Assembly: GCA_029260165.1 (NCBI GenBank)
Contig: JAJDDT010000009.1
Coordinates: forward strand, 29,074-93,073
Direction of reading: 5' to 3'
Length of the DNA stretch: 64,000 nucleotides
Origin: Phycisphaerae bacterium
Lineage (GTDB): Bacteria > Planctomycetota > Phycisphaerae > UBA1845
Part shown: positions 32,873 to 42,306 of the stretch, one piece after another
Layout of the letters: every line of letters begins with the position of its first letter
Numbering within the stretch: position 1 is the stretch's first letter
Made by a program: the position numbers and the translations under genes
Notes under the pieces: model-generated
Seen by the model: the letters and a program-made list of their open reading frames with translations, nothing else
Told to the model about the DNA's origin: nothing
Database searches by the model: none

Positions 32873-34279
32873 ATGATCGCTCCAAAATCAAACGGCCAAC
32901 CAAACCTCGCCACCGATTTCTGCGGTATCAAATCGCCAAACCCGTTCTGGCTCGCCAGCGCACCACCCACCAACTCAGGCTACCAGATCCGACGCGCCTT
33001 CGACGCGGGTTGGGGCGGCGCGGTGTGGAAAACGCTCAACCACGACCCCATCGTCAACGTCTCATCCCGATACGCCGCCGTTGACTACGACGGGCGAAAA
33101 ATCATAGGCCTCAACAACATCGAGCTGATCACCGACCGAACACTCGACGTCAATCTCAAGGAAATCGCCGAAGTCAAACGCGACTACCCCGACCACGCGC
33201 TCATCGTCTCGCTCATGGTCGAATCAAAACGCGAAACCTGGCACGACATCGTCAAACAAACCCAGGACACCGGTGCAGACGGCATCGAACTCAACTTCGG
33301 CTGCCCGCACGGCATGAGCGAGCGAGGCATGGGAGCAGCCGTCGGACAGGTCCCCGAATACTGCTGCATGATTGTCGAATGGGTGAAAGAAGCCGCCCAA
33401 ATCCCCGTCATCGTCAAACTCACACCCAACATCACCGACATCCGCCTCGCAGGTAGAGCCGCCAAAAAAGGCGGAGCCGACGCCGTCTCACTCATCAACA
33501 CCATCAACTCCGTCATGGGCATCGACCTCGACACCCTCGCACCCAAACCCGCCGTCCGTGGCAAGGGATCACACGGCGGATACTGCGGACCCGCCGTCAA
33601 ACCCATCGCCCTCAACATGGTCAGCCAGATCGCAACCGACCCCGAAATCAACCTCCCCATCAGCGGCATCGGCGGTATCCAGGCCTGGCAGGACGCAGTC
33701 GAATTCATGCTTCTCGGATCAACCTCCGTTCAGGTCTGCACCGCCGTCATGCACTACGGCTTCCGAATCGTCGAACACCTCATCAGCGGCATGACAAACT
33801 GGATGGCTGAAAAAGGATTCCAATCCACGACCGACTTCATCGGAAAATCCTCCCCACTCCTCACCAACTGGAGCGACCTCGACCTCAGCTACAAAGTCGT
33901 CGCACAAATCGAACCCGAAAAATGCATCAACTGCGGACTATGCTACATCGCCTGCGAAGACGGCTGCCACCAGTCCATCAACATCGAATCCGTCACCGAG
34001 AAAGAATTTCTCAAACGCACACCGTCCGCAAAAGATCGCGTCTTCACCTCAGGCAACAACCAATACACCCACGGAGCAGGCGACGGTTACGTCAACATCT
34101 TCACCATCAATCAGGACACCTGCGTCGGTTGCAACATGTGCTCGCTCGTCTGCCCCGTCCAAGGCTGCATCGACATGAAGGAAATCGACACCGGCAAACC
34201 CTCAATGACCTGGCGCCAATACCAGGCCCTCCTCGCCGAAGGAAAAATCGACCCCATCCAACCCCCTGAGCATGTCTGA
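32873..34279 (+). CDS. preA: dihydropyrimidine dehydrogenase subunit PreA-like (DHODH-fold plus two 4Fe-4S ferredoxin motifs)
   Basis: GAGGA RBS. FCGIKSPNPFWLASAPPTN, ELNFGCPHGM, and C-terminal CINCGLCYIACEDG and CVGCNMCSLVCP. The start is set at the ATG downstream of the REP rather than at 32798. Confidence 0.85.
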   Translation: MIAPKSNGQPNLATDFCGIKSPNPFWLASAPPTNSGYQIRRAFDAGWGGAVWKTLNHDPIVNVSSRYAAVDYDGRKIIGLNNIELITDRTLDVNLKEIAEVKRDYPDHALIVSLMVESKRETWHDIVKQTQDTGADGIELNFGCPHGMSERGMGAAVGQVPEYCCMIVEWVKEAAQIPVIVKLTPNITDIRLAGRAAKKGGADAVSLINTINSVMGIDLDTLAPKPAVRGKGSHGGYCGPAVKPIALNMVSQIATDPEINLPISGIGGIQAWQDAVEFMLLGSTSVQVCTAVMHYGFRIVEHLISGMTNWMAEKGFQSTTDFIGKSSPLLTNWSDLDLSYKVVAQIEPEKCINCGLCYIACEDGCHQSINIESVTEKEFLKRTPSAKDRVFTSGNNQYTHGAGDGYVNIFTINQDTCVGCNMCSLVCPVQGCIDMKEIDTGKPSMTWRQYQALLAEGKIDPIQPPEHV

Positions 34280-34328
34280 TTTTCACGCAGGGGTGTATGA
34301 CAGTTTGGGCGGCCCGGCGTCGGGCAGG

Positions 34329-34909
34329 TCAACGTGACGCTTGCGCGGAACAATGACCGGCACCACGGTTCGTAACGACTTTCAAACGTCTGCGGATCAG
34401 GCTGATACCGGCGAAAAGAAGGAGACAGGTCCCAGGCTCGGGGACGGCGACGAGGGTCAGAATGTGGCTGCCATCGTCGGTCGGGACGAAACCAAAGTTC
34501 CCGTCGCCAAACGTGTTTTTCCCATCGCCGAACAGTAATTGGAATTCGCTGCCTTCAGAAACCGACTCGTCGATAAGGATATTCAGCGACGCCAGATCGA
34601 CGGTCTCGCCTTGAGGCAGTGCAAATGGCCCCGCAAAGGCCACAGCCTGCGGGTCGGGCAAAACAGGAAAAGGAAAACAGCCACCTGGTTCGCAAGGGAC
34701 CGGTACCCATGCCCAACTGGACAACGTCACCTCATTGGCAGCGCTGTTGCCAAGCCCGGTGAAATCGATAAACGTCAAGCCACCGCCGTCGTTTGCGGAT
34801 CGTCCACACCGACAGCACCCTCATACGTCAACAGCACACCACCGCGCGCAACGGCTCCGGTCGACAGGCAGGCGACAAACCCCAACGACAAACGCAACGT
34901 CTGATTCAT
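34329..34909 (-). pseudogene. PEP-CTERM-anchored secreted protein paralog, apparently frameshifted
   Basis: GGAGAGAG RBS and ATG at 34909 open a 44-codon signal-peptide ORF (MNQTLRLSLGFVACLSTGAVA...) that stops at 34775-34777. The remainder (..LTFIDFTGLG...VPEPGTCLLLFAGISLIRRR) continues in a different frame. It is homologous to the two neighbouring paralogs. Confidence 0.6.
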
Positions 34910-34959
34910 GGTTCTCTCTCCCACGAAGTGTCAGATGATTTGTAACGCCCGTCATAATA

Positions 34960-35556
34960 TCATCGCCGCCGAAATCGTCCAAACCCGAACAAACCCGCAC
35001 AGGCCAACAGACCCAGGGTCGCCGGTTCCGGAACCACACGGAATTTGCCCCGTTCGGTCCCATCCCTGATCGGGACGAATTCCTTGGTCGCATCCACTAT
35101 TTGAATCGGGTCACCGAACAGAATGTCCAGCTCAGTCCCGACGGGCCGGTCGATCATGAGATCAACCGTCGCGACCGCGACCGTTTTTCCCTTGGAAAAG
35201 GTCAACAAATCGCCAAACGCGACCGCCTGCGGATCGGGTAACCCCGTCGTGAACCATTCATTCCTGTCGTTGATCACCTCGGGAAGCCACTGCCAGTTCA
35301 AAACGCTGACATCCTTCGGCAGGTTGAACTGGAAGCCACTGAAGCTGATCTGACGTATCGCGTTCCCGCCAAAACCAACCACCCCGTCATTCATGAGGCT
35401 GATCATGACCGACACAGCACTCCCGCGCTCCAGTTCGATCCGACCGTCTCCGCCGACAAAACCCCCAGCCACGGGTTCATAGATGATGATGGCCTCTGCA
35501 AGGGCAACCGAATGCATGAGGCACAACAGCCAGAGAAACATCCAGGGACGCTTCAT
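34960..35556 (-). CDS. PEP-CTERM sorting-domain secreted protein
   Basis: GAGGGA RBS. Signal peptide MKRPWMFLWLLCLMHSVALAEA. C-terminus VVPEPATLGLLACAGLFGFGRFRRR. Confidence 0.8.
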   Translation of the reverse strand: MKRPWMFLWLLCLMHSVALAEAIIIYEPVAGGFVGGDGRIELERGSAVSVMISLMNDGVVGFGGNAIRQISFSGFQFNLPKDVSVLNWQWLPEVINDRNEWFTTGLPDPQAVAFGDLLTFSKGKTVAVATVDLMIDRPVGTELDILFGDPIQIVDATKEFVPIRDGTERGKFRVVPEPATLGLLACAGLFGFGRFRRR

Positions 35557-35836
35557 GTTTTCCCTCTCTCTCACGACGTTCGCGCGGACGCCCCAACCGT
35601 CGGCGGACGTTGCCAAACGACAACCCCTCCCAGGCTTGCGATGCGGAATGCGCGCGCGAGCGTTTGCTTCTTTCCCTCGTATTCGACACGATCGCCTCCC
35701 CAACGATCAGGCCGAACTCCCCACCAGGACCGTGCTCTCAATCTGCCCGGGTGAAATCCATCGATAGTGTCAGCCCTGTTCGTGGTCGATGTCGCCCGTC
35801 GGTTTCATCGCAAGGCCAATGTATCGTGATGTGAAC

Positions 35837-35869
35837 AAAAAAAGGGGGCCCGCACTCGTGCAGGCCCCC
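35837..35869 (-). terminator. rho-independent terminator after the PEP-CTERM gene 35907-36536
   Basis: Minus strand reads GGGGGCCTGCAC..GTGCGGGCCCCC followed by T7. Confidence 0.75.
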
Positions 35870-35906
35870 TTTGATTCGCTATGTACGATTCGCGTCGGTT
35901 GCCAAA

Positions 35907-36536
35907 CTAGGCTTTGCGACGACGAACAGCAGCCAACCCACCAAAGCCGAGCAATGCCAGTGTGGCAGGCTCGGGAACGACGCGGAAGTTAGCAACCTCA
36001 GTGCCGTTGTCGGTCGTGACGAAACCGAAGTTGTTGTCGCCGAAGGTCGTGGTACCGTTGCCGAACTGCAGCGAAAACGTAGCTTCGCCAGCGGTCAAAG
36101 GCAAGCCCGTGTACGCGACGGTCAGAGTCGCAAACTCTGCTGCCCCATCGGTGGGGACGGGAGTAGGACCGGCAAAGGCCGCTGCCTGCGGGTCCGCAGC
36201 ATTGTTGTTCGTATCAAAAAGTCCGGTCGTCGCGAAAAGATTTTGATTGTCGGCATTGGGAAACGTCCAGACCCAGTCAGAAAGAGCGACGCCCGCCGGA
36301 GCACCCGTGTGCAGACCCGCGAAATCGATCAGCGTAAAACCATTGCCGGCAATACCGACGTTGTCATGTGCACTGACAACCAGGTTGATCGACGCAACGC
36401 CGTCAGAATTATCGATGAGAATCTCACCGGCGGGATTCGCACCATCGCTACCGACGTAGCTCAGGTCAATGTCAGCACGGACACCTGCGGTCACAAGACC
36501 GACAACAATCAAGGAAAAAAACGCACGTTTTAGCAT
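35907..36536 (-). CDS. PEP-CTERM sorting-domain secreted protein
   Basis: GGAGG RBS. Signal peptide MLKRAFFSLIVVGLVTAGVRA. C-terminus VVPEPATLALLGFGGLAAVRRRKA. Confidence 0.85.
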   Translation of the reverse strand: MLKRAFFSLIVVGLVTAGVRADIDLSYVGSDGANPAGEILIDNSDGVASINLVVSAHDNVGIAGNGFTLIDFAGLHTGAPAGVALSDWVWTFPNADNQNLFATTGLFDTNNNAADPQAAAFAGPTPVPTDGAAEFATLTVAYTGLPLTAGEATFSLQFGNGTTTFGDNNFGFVTTDNGTEVANFRVVPEPATLALLGFGGLAAVRRRKA

Positions 36537-36992
36537 TTCAAAAGCCTCCATCTCTCCATTTATCCAGTGCGCGGATCCGGTCGGAGCCGCGCTCCGTGTT
36601 CCGCATGAAACCAAAAATAAACTGTTCTGTTCTGTGAGCAGTCTGCCCCGGTCGGGACAGCACAACCCTCTCCCAATAATCCCCGCTTTCGCGGTACGCT
36701 TGCTTCCTTCCCCAAACACCAGGCTTGGAACCTGTGTCACGCTCGATGGAAAAACGCACCGACAGACGCGCCGATCAGGTTCCATCAACATCCGTTTTTC
36801 AAAAGGGTTTCGATCAGAAGCGAGGTCTCTCTCTGCTCCGATACACCCCTTACGTCTCTCTCCGGGCGACACCAAACGACATTCCAGTTGTCGTCGCCCA
36901 ACTCTCTTTTCTTCCCGCACTCTCTCGTTGCGGTGCGTGCGGGGCATTCCGCGAGGAACACCCCGCCACCGCGGTATCTCATTGTACCCGAT

Positions 36993-38288
36993 CTACGGGC
37001 GTGATTCCAGTACTGACTGCAAATTCCATACCTGGCTCGCCGGTGGTGAAACACCGTTGAACAACTGCCGGAAAACGAACAAATCAATGGCAGAGACGGT
37101 TCCGCTTCGATCCATGTCGATGAGATCCGCCTCGGTCACGCCATCGCACGCAAGAGCGGGAACCGTTCCGTTGTTCAGCAACGCACGGTAAGCAAACAAG
37201 TCGATCGGCGAGGTATCGCCACTCTGATTCACATCACCCGGCAGGAACGCGATGTCGATGCGGTCCTCCTCGTCAACACTGCCGAGGTTGCCGGCGTCGG
37301 TGATCGCGTTGTCGCACAGGTCCTTGACGTTGGCTTTGATGGTTGTCCAGTGCTGCAGCGGGATGACCTGATCCAGCGTGATCCGCACCGACTGCTCATC
37401 ACCGGCACCTCCGAGAATATCGACAGCCATGATACCCGGTGTCACCGCTCCACCCGACGTCGTAACAACGAAATCGGCGGCGGTAACGGCCCCATCGTTC
37501 ATGCTCTGAACCGGCTCGCTGAAAGTCATCACGATTTCGGTCGGGCCGTTCAATTCCGTACGCGGATCAATGTACCCCGAGCAGGGGACGGTGATCGAAT
37601 TCAATTCGCCACCCGCCAGAATCCGCGGCGGAATTGTTTCACAAGCGCTGACTGCAATCGCCAACTCGCTGCCAATCGCAGCATTCACGGCGTCCACCGC
37701 GTAGAAGGTACCGTCGAAACCGGTAATCGCGTTTGCGTGCAGACTGCCCGCCTTGATCCGGAGGGTATAAACATCGCCGTCTGCCGCGTCACCGGGAATC
37801 ATGAACCCCATGCCCGCACCGGCAGTGAAAAGCGTCACAGAGGAACCGAGGCCGACATTCTCAACGACCGCACCAGTTGGGAACGGCTCGAACGGCTCCG
37901 CGTTCGGATCGTTGTTGATGGTGTTTTGACCGCCGCCGGCCTGAATGAGATCGTCGCCGACAACCGTTCCTGTGGGATCGATGCTGTAACCGAGTGGGGC
38001 GAAGAACGAATCGACCGCAGCACCGGTTTGCATCGTCAGACCCGTCCCGAGATTCACAGGTCCGGCCGGGCCGATCAATTCGAGATCGATCGAGAAGAAG
38101 GCGAGGCCCATATTCCCGGCCGTCGTCTGAGTAAAGATGCCATTGATGTCAAACTCGATCGTCTCGCCCGCGGAAGCGGTGGCATCACCATTTGTGCGGA
38201 CGATATCTGCCTGAAACGTATCCTGAGCCATGACCGCGCCGGTCAAAGCCAGTGACAACACGAGTGTACTTGCGACGGAAGCTTTCAT
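36993..38288 (-). CDS. secreted protein with C-terminal dockerin-like (paired EF-hand) module
   Basis: GGAGG RBS. Signal peptide MKASVASTLVLSLALTGAVMA. C-terminus DVNQSGDTSPIDLFAYRALL ... DMDRSGTVSAIDLFVFRQLF. Confidence 0.7.
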   Translation of the reverse strand: MKASVASTLVLSLALTGAVMAQDTFQADIVRTNGDATASAGETIEFDINGIFTQTTAGNMGLAFFSIDLELIGPAGPVNLGTGLTMQTGAAVDSFFAPLGYSIDPTGTVVGDDLIQAGGGQNTINNDPNAEPFEPFPTGAVVENVGLGSSVTLFTAGAGMGFMIPGDAADGDVYTLRIKAGSLHANAITGFDGTFYAVDAVNAAIGSELAIAVSACETIPPRILAGGELNSITVPCSGYIDPRTELNGPTEIVMTFSEPVQSMNDGAVTAADFVVTTSGGAVTPGIMAVDILGGAGDEQSVRITLDQVIPLQHWTTIKANVKDLCDNAITDAGNLGSVDEEDRIDIAFLPGDVNQSGDTSPIDLFAYRALLNNGTVPALACDGVTEADLIDMDRSGTVSAIDLFVFRQLFNGVSPPASQVWNLQSVLESRP

Positions 38289-38855
38289 GCTACCTACCTC
38301 CAATGAAAAGCGGAGCAATACGAATGAACCAGGTTTCCCGATAAACACGACGTTTCGGAAGGATTCCCGCGTTCGGATACGATCCCCATCGTGTTGCGAC
38401 GACAATCGTACTCAGCAGATCCCTCAGGGTCAAGGATGCACGCCGTTATCAGTCACTGTTATCGGCGACGGCTGACGACGCATGTCAGCCAATCCCAGCG
38501 TCCTTGTAGCCTGATTATACCTAGGAACGACCCGAGGGGGGCTGTCATTGCTCAATTGCGTGCTCAAACACGATATCAGGCAGGACTTTCTCTCCCCTCG
38601 TCTCCCTTCTCCGCCTCATTTATATCGAAGCGGACGGGCTGATTCAAGCCTGAAATTGAGATTTTTTAGGTAAAATTGACGGTCGTAACGTTTTTTGTGA
38701 CAGTGGGTTATGGCGACTGGTCAGCCATGGTCCGATATCAGCCGCGTCCTGTGGGATTGGTGAGGAACGTCCCTGCGATTTCACATCTTCCGCTTGACCG
38801 CGTCGCCGGTCTGAGCCGACAGATGGAAGTGTGCGGTAAACGCCTTATAATACAA

Positions 38856-38888
38856 GACGTTATGTGCGGTCGAGCGGATTCGCGATGG
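38856..38888. repeat. 33-nt direct repeat, copy 1 (upstream of ubiB)
   Basis: gacgttatgtgcggtcgagcggattcgcgatgg. 31 of 33 positions are identical to the copy at 39013-39045. Confidence 0.8.
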
Positions 38889-39012
38889 TGGAGCCAGTAC
38901 GTTTGGTGCTCGTCGTTTGATGGTTGGGTGGCCCATGGCTTTGGCCGTGGGGGAGTCGAATCCCAGCCAGCCATAGAGTCCCCCACCTCTGAAGAGGTGG
39001 GCCACCCGTCGG

Positions 39013-39045
39013 GACGTTATGTGCGGTTGACCGGATTCGCGATGG
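39013..39045. repeat. 33-nt direct repeat, copy 2 (upstream of ubiB)
   Basis: gacgttatgtgcggttgaccggattcgcgatgg. It lies 157 nt downstream of copy 1 and falls in a different reading frame of ORF 38676-39059. Confidence 0.8.
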
Positions 39046-39071
39046 CGAAAACAGCCTGAGAGGTTCATTTT

Positions 39072-40772
39072 TTGGCCCTGAGCATCACCCAGATCACCCA
39101 GAGCGTTCAGAACCTGCAGCGGTTGCAGCACATCGCGCGCGTGCTGACGCAGCATGGTTTCGGGCATGTGGTTGAGCGGATGGATTTGGGGCGGTTCGTG
39201 CCGTTGTGGCTGAAGCGTGGATCGGGTACTGACCGGTCGGGGCCTGCGGACGGGCAGTTGGGTCGGCGGCTGACGCGGGTTGCGAATGATCTGGGACCTG
39301 TGTTCGTGAAACTGGGGCAGATGTTGGCGACCCGACCTGACGTGGTGCCTGCGGACGTGCTGGATGATCTGTCGACGTTGCAGGACCGCGTTGAGCCTTT
39401 TGATTCGGAGCATGCCAAACGGATCATCGAGGGGGAGTTGCGTCAATCCGTGGGTGATGCGTTCGCCGAATTTGATGACAAACCCATCGCGGCTGGCTCG
39501 ATCGGGCAGGTTTACCGCGCGAGGTTGCATGACCGTCGCAGGGTCGTTGTGAAGGTGAAGAGGCCCGGGATTGAGTCGGACATTCGTGCGGATTTGAATC
39601 TGTTGTCGTGGTTGGCGGACGCGATGGAGCGGTGGATTCCGGAGTCGCGGACGTACAAGCCCACGGTGCTGGTCGAGGAATTTGAACGCACGTTGATGCG
39701 CGAGCTGGACTATTTGTTCGAGGCTGCGACGACGGCGAGGATGCACGGGTTTTTCGCGGATGAGGAGGGGATCGAGACGCCTGATGTGATCTGGTCGCAC
39801 ACGTCGTCGGAGGTGTTGACGTTGTTGGCGGTCGAGGGTGTGAACATTGATCAAGCCATCAGGTCGAACGGTCGGACGCTGGACCGCAAGAAGCTGGCGT
39901 TGCGGTTGGCGGAGCTGTATTTGAAGCAGTTTTTCGAGCTTCGGACGTTTCATGCGGATCCGCACGCGGGTAACATTCTTGTGAATCCGCCGGATCGAAT
40001 CGGGCTGATCGATTTTGGGCAGATCGGGGTGATCAGCGATGAGTTGGCGGGTCATTTGCTGATTCTGATGTTGGGTACGGTGAATCAGGATCCGGAGATT
40101 ATTGCCGACGCGCTGACGGAAATGGGGGCGTCGACAAAGGGGACGAATCGTCGTCAGTTAACGCGCGATGTGCAGTCGCTGTTGAGCAAGTATGTCGGTC
40201 AGCCCATGTCGCGGGTGTCGATGACGGCGGTTTTTACGGAATTTGCCGAGGTGGTGCGTCGCAATGAGATCGTCGTGCCTCGTGATGTGTTGCTGATGTT
40301 CAAATCGTTGGCGACGGTTTGGGGGGTGGCGTTGCGGCTTGACCCGGATCTGGACATTGCGGAAATCGTCAAGCCGAAAATTCGGGGGTTGTTGCTGAGT
40401 CGGTTTTCGCCGAAGCGGGCGTTGCGTGTCGGTAGTGTCACCATGTGGCATTTGTTGGGTTTTTTGAAGTCCGGTCCGCAACAATTGCGTGAAGTGTTAC
40501 AGCAACTTTCGTCGGGGCAGTGGCAGGTCAATATTCGCCACGAAAATCTGGATAATCTGGGACGGGAGCTGGATCGGGCGAGCAACCGTTTGTCGTTTTC
40601 GGTCGTCATTGCAGCCATAGTTGTCGGCAGTTCGTTGATGGTGACGGCTGACCCGACGCTGATGGTTTTCGGTCTGCGGTTGCAGTCGCTGGCGATGGTG
40701 GGGTATCTGATAGCAGGGGTACTGGGACTGGGACTTTTGTGGGCGATTTTTCGAAGCGGCAGGCTGTCATAA
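39072..40772 (+). CDS. ubiB: ABC1/UbiB-family atypical protein kinase
   Basis: LGPVFVKLGQMLATRPDVVP, IAAGSIGQVYRA, HADPHAGNILV, and two C-terminal TM helices. TTG start assumed. Confidence 0.88.
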   Translation: MALSITQITQSVQNLQRLQHIARVLTQHGFGHVVERMDLGRFVPLWLKRGSGTDRSGPADGQLGRRLTRVANDLGPVFVKLGQMLATRPDVVPADVLDDLSTLQDRVEPFDSEHAKRIIEGELRQSVGDAFAEFDDKPIAAGSIGQVYRARLHDRRRVVVKVKRPGIESDIRADLNLLSWLADAMERWIPESRTYKPTVLVEEFERTLMRELDYLFEAATTARMHGFFADEEGIETPDVIWSHTSSEVLTLLAVEGVNIDQAIRSNGRTLDRKKLALRLAELYLKQFFELRTFHADPHAGNILVNPPDRIGLIDFGQIGVISDELAGHLLILMLGTVNQDPEIIADALTEMGASTKGTNRRQLTRDVQSLLSKYVGQPMSRVSMTAVFTEFAEVVRRNEIVVPRDVLLMFKSLATVWGVALRLDPDLDIAEIVKPKIRGLLLSRFSPKRALRVGSVTMWHLLGFLKSGPQQLREVLQQLSSGQWQVNIRHENLDNLGRELDRASNRLSFSVVIAAIVVGSSLMVTADPTLMVFGLRLQSLAMVGYLIAGVLGLGLLWAIFRSGRLS

Positions 40773-41001
40773 TCAATGATTGCAGGGTGGATTGAGTGGT
40801 TACAGTAGCCGTTGTTATTGGTGTTTATTGCACGTCATGCGGGTTGGATTTGTGTGGTTGTGACAAGATTACAGTGGTGCCTGATGGCGGCGGAGTGATC
40901 GGACGGATTGGCATTTTTTTTCTCAAGTTTACGGCATCTTTGTTTGATCTTCGGGTTCGGGAAACCTATATATGTGGTGGAAGCTGTCGTGTCCCCTTTT
41001 G

Positions 41002-41044
41002 AAGCCCCGTGACTCTCCCCCGAGTGTCACGGGGCTTGCTTTTT
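41002..41044 (+). terminator. rho-independent terminator
   Basis: aagccccgtgac (41002-41013), 12-nt loop, gtcacggggctt (41026-41037), then tgcttttt. Confidence 0.8.
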
Positions 41045-41324
41045 GCGCGGATCTGCTGGGACCGATAGTTTTGGCATTTCAAATCACCTGTTCGTGGGTG
41101 CGCATTGGCTGACAGGTTCGTGGCTGGGTTTCAAGCCGTCGTGGCTGATGCGCGTGAAAATCGTGTTTCGGGCTTTCACAAGCTGCTGTTGATGGTCGAT
41201 AATCCAGTGTGGGGCTTTTGCGGGTTGGGATGGTGTTTTCGGACGCATTCCGCGCTTGCGGGAAATTGGCTGCGGACGTACCGTGGTTGTCTGGATCAGC
41301 GGTCTGGAAGGGCGGAGATCGATC

Positions 41325-42251
41325 ATGCTGCGACGACTGATGAGTTTGGCCATTGTGCTGGGGTGCGTGTCGCCGGCTTCTGCGGGTTTGTTCGAGGAGG
41401 TGGCGGACGGGTTGCGGTTTTCGGGATTTATTCTCGATGCTGACTACAACCGTCTGACCGATTCGACAAGGGCGGTGGCGGCTGCGAATTTTCAGGGGAA
41501 CAACATTGATTTCGGTGTCTTCGACATCGCGGTCAATGGTCCGGTCACGTTGGCGGTGGAGGAGCACTTCCGTGGCGTGCCTGAGTTGAGCTTCACGTTG
41601 AGCACGGGACTGACCACGGTGAATCCGAACGGGGATCTGGCAATTGGTCCTGCTCAGCCTTTGACATATCTGCTGAACTTCGATTCGGGAACGAGCGAGA
41701 CGACGATCAACGGGAATTTCCTTTTCGATACGCGGGTGAACATCAACCAGTTCGGCAGTTACGATTTCAGGTTTGCGTTTTCAAATCGTGAGACGACCAC
41801 GGTGCGGGGGCGGTTTGATGCGGCGGACGGTTCGACGCTGGATTTCGATTTCGGTCCGATCGACGTCGAGGGGAATGTTTTCGCGGATTTGCTGGCAGCG
41901 GTGACGGATCCGATTTTTCAGGCGACGGGGTTCGAGAACATTTTTGCACAATTCAGCGGGCAGGTGCTTCGGCGTCAGGAGAACGACGCGTTTTTGTCGG
42001 ATTTGCAGGCGAGGCTGGAATCCGGTGGTCTGCTCACCGAGCGTGAGGCGGCGGAGTTGACGGCTCGGTCGGTGGTGGCGTCGGTGCTGGGTGATCCATT
42101 TGCGGATGAGACGTTCATTGCGGAAGCGTTGGCATCTTTTGAGGAGTCGGCGGTCGCGGGGGCGAGCAGTTTTCAGGTTCCCGAGCCTGGGGCGGGGCTG
42201 CTTCTTGCGGGGTTGGTTTTGTCGACGGTGCGTCGTCGTCGGGTTCGTTAG
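41325..42251 (+). CDS. PEP-CTERM sorting-domain secreted protein (family distinct from the 34.3-36.5 kb paralogs)
   Basis: Signal peptide MLRRLMSLAIVLGCVSPASA. C-terminus FQVPEPGAGLLLAGLVLSTVRRRRVR. Confidence 0.8.
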   Translation: MLRRLMSLAIVLGCVSPASAGLFEEVADGLRFSGFILDADYNRLTDSTRAVAAANFQGNNIDFGVFDIAVNGPVTLAVEEHFRGVPELSFTLSTGLTTVNPNGDLAIGPAQPLTYLLNFDSGTSETTINGNFLFDTRVNINQFGSYDFRFAFSNRETTTVRGRFDAADGSTLDFDFGPIDVEGNVFADLLAAVTDPIFQATGFENIFAQFSGQVLRRQENDAFLSDLQARLESGGLLTEREAAELTARSVVASVLGDPFADETFIAEALASFEESAVAGASSFQVPEPGAGLLLAGLVLSTVRRRRVR

Positions 42252-42306
42252 AACGGGTTCACCACAAACTGTCGGCTGGGGCGAATCGACGTCGGTCGGT
42301 TTTCCC

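Noticed and set aside
38630-38700. Possible tmRNA or tRNA-like start (gggctgattcaagcc...) and T-arm-like gagtcgaatccc near 38952
   Set aside because: The resemblance to the tmRNA 5' end (GGGGCUGAUUCUGGAUUCGAC) stops after about 9 nt. No acceptor-stem partner, tag reading frame or proper T-arm stem could be drawn.
38676-39059. 127-aa ORF in the ubiB upstream region
   Set aside because: The two copies of the 33-nt direct repeat fall in different reading frames of this ORF. It also has no RBS, and the region is dense with inverted repeats. It was treated as non-coding.
38781-40055. 424-aa ORF on the minus strand
   Set aside because: It is antisense to the well-supported ubiB gene. The composition is Arg/Pro/Gln-rich.
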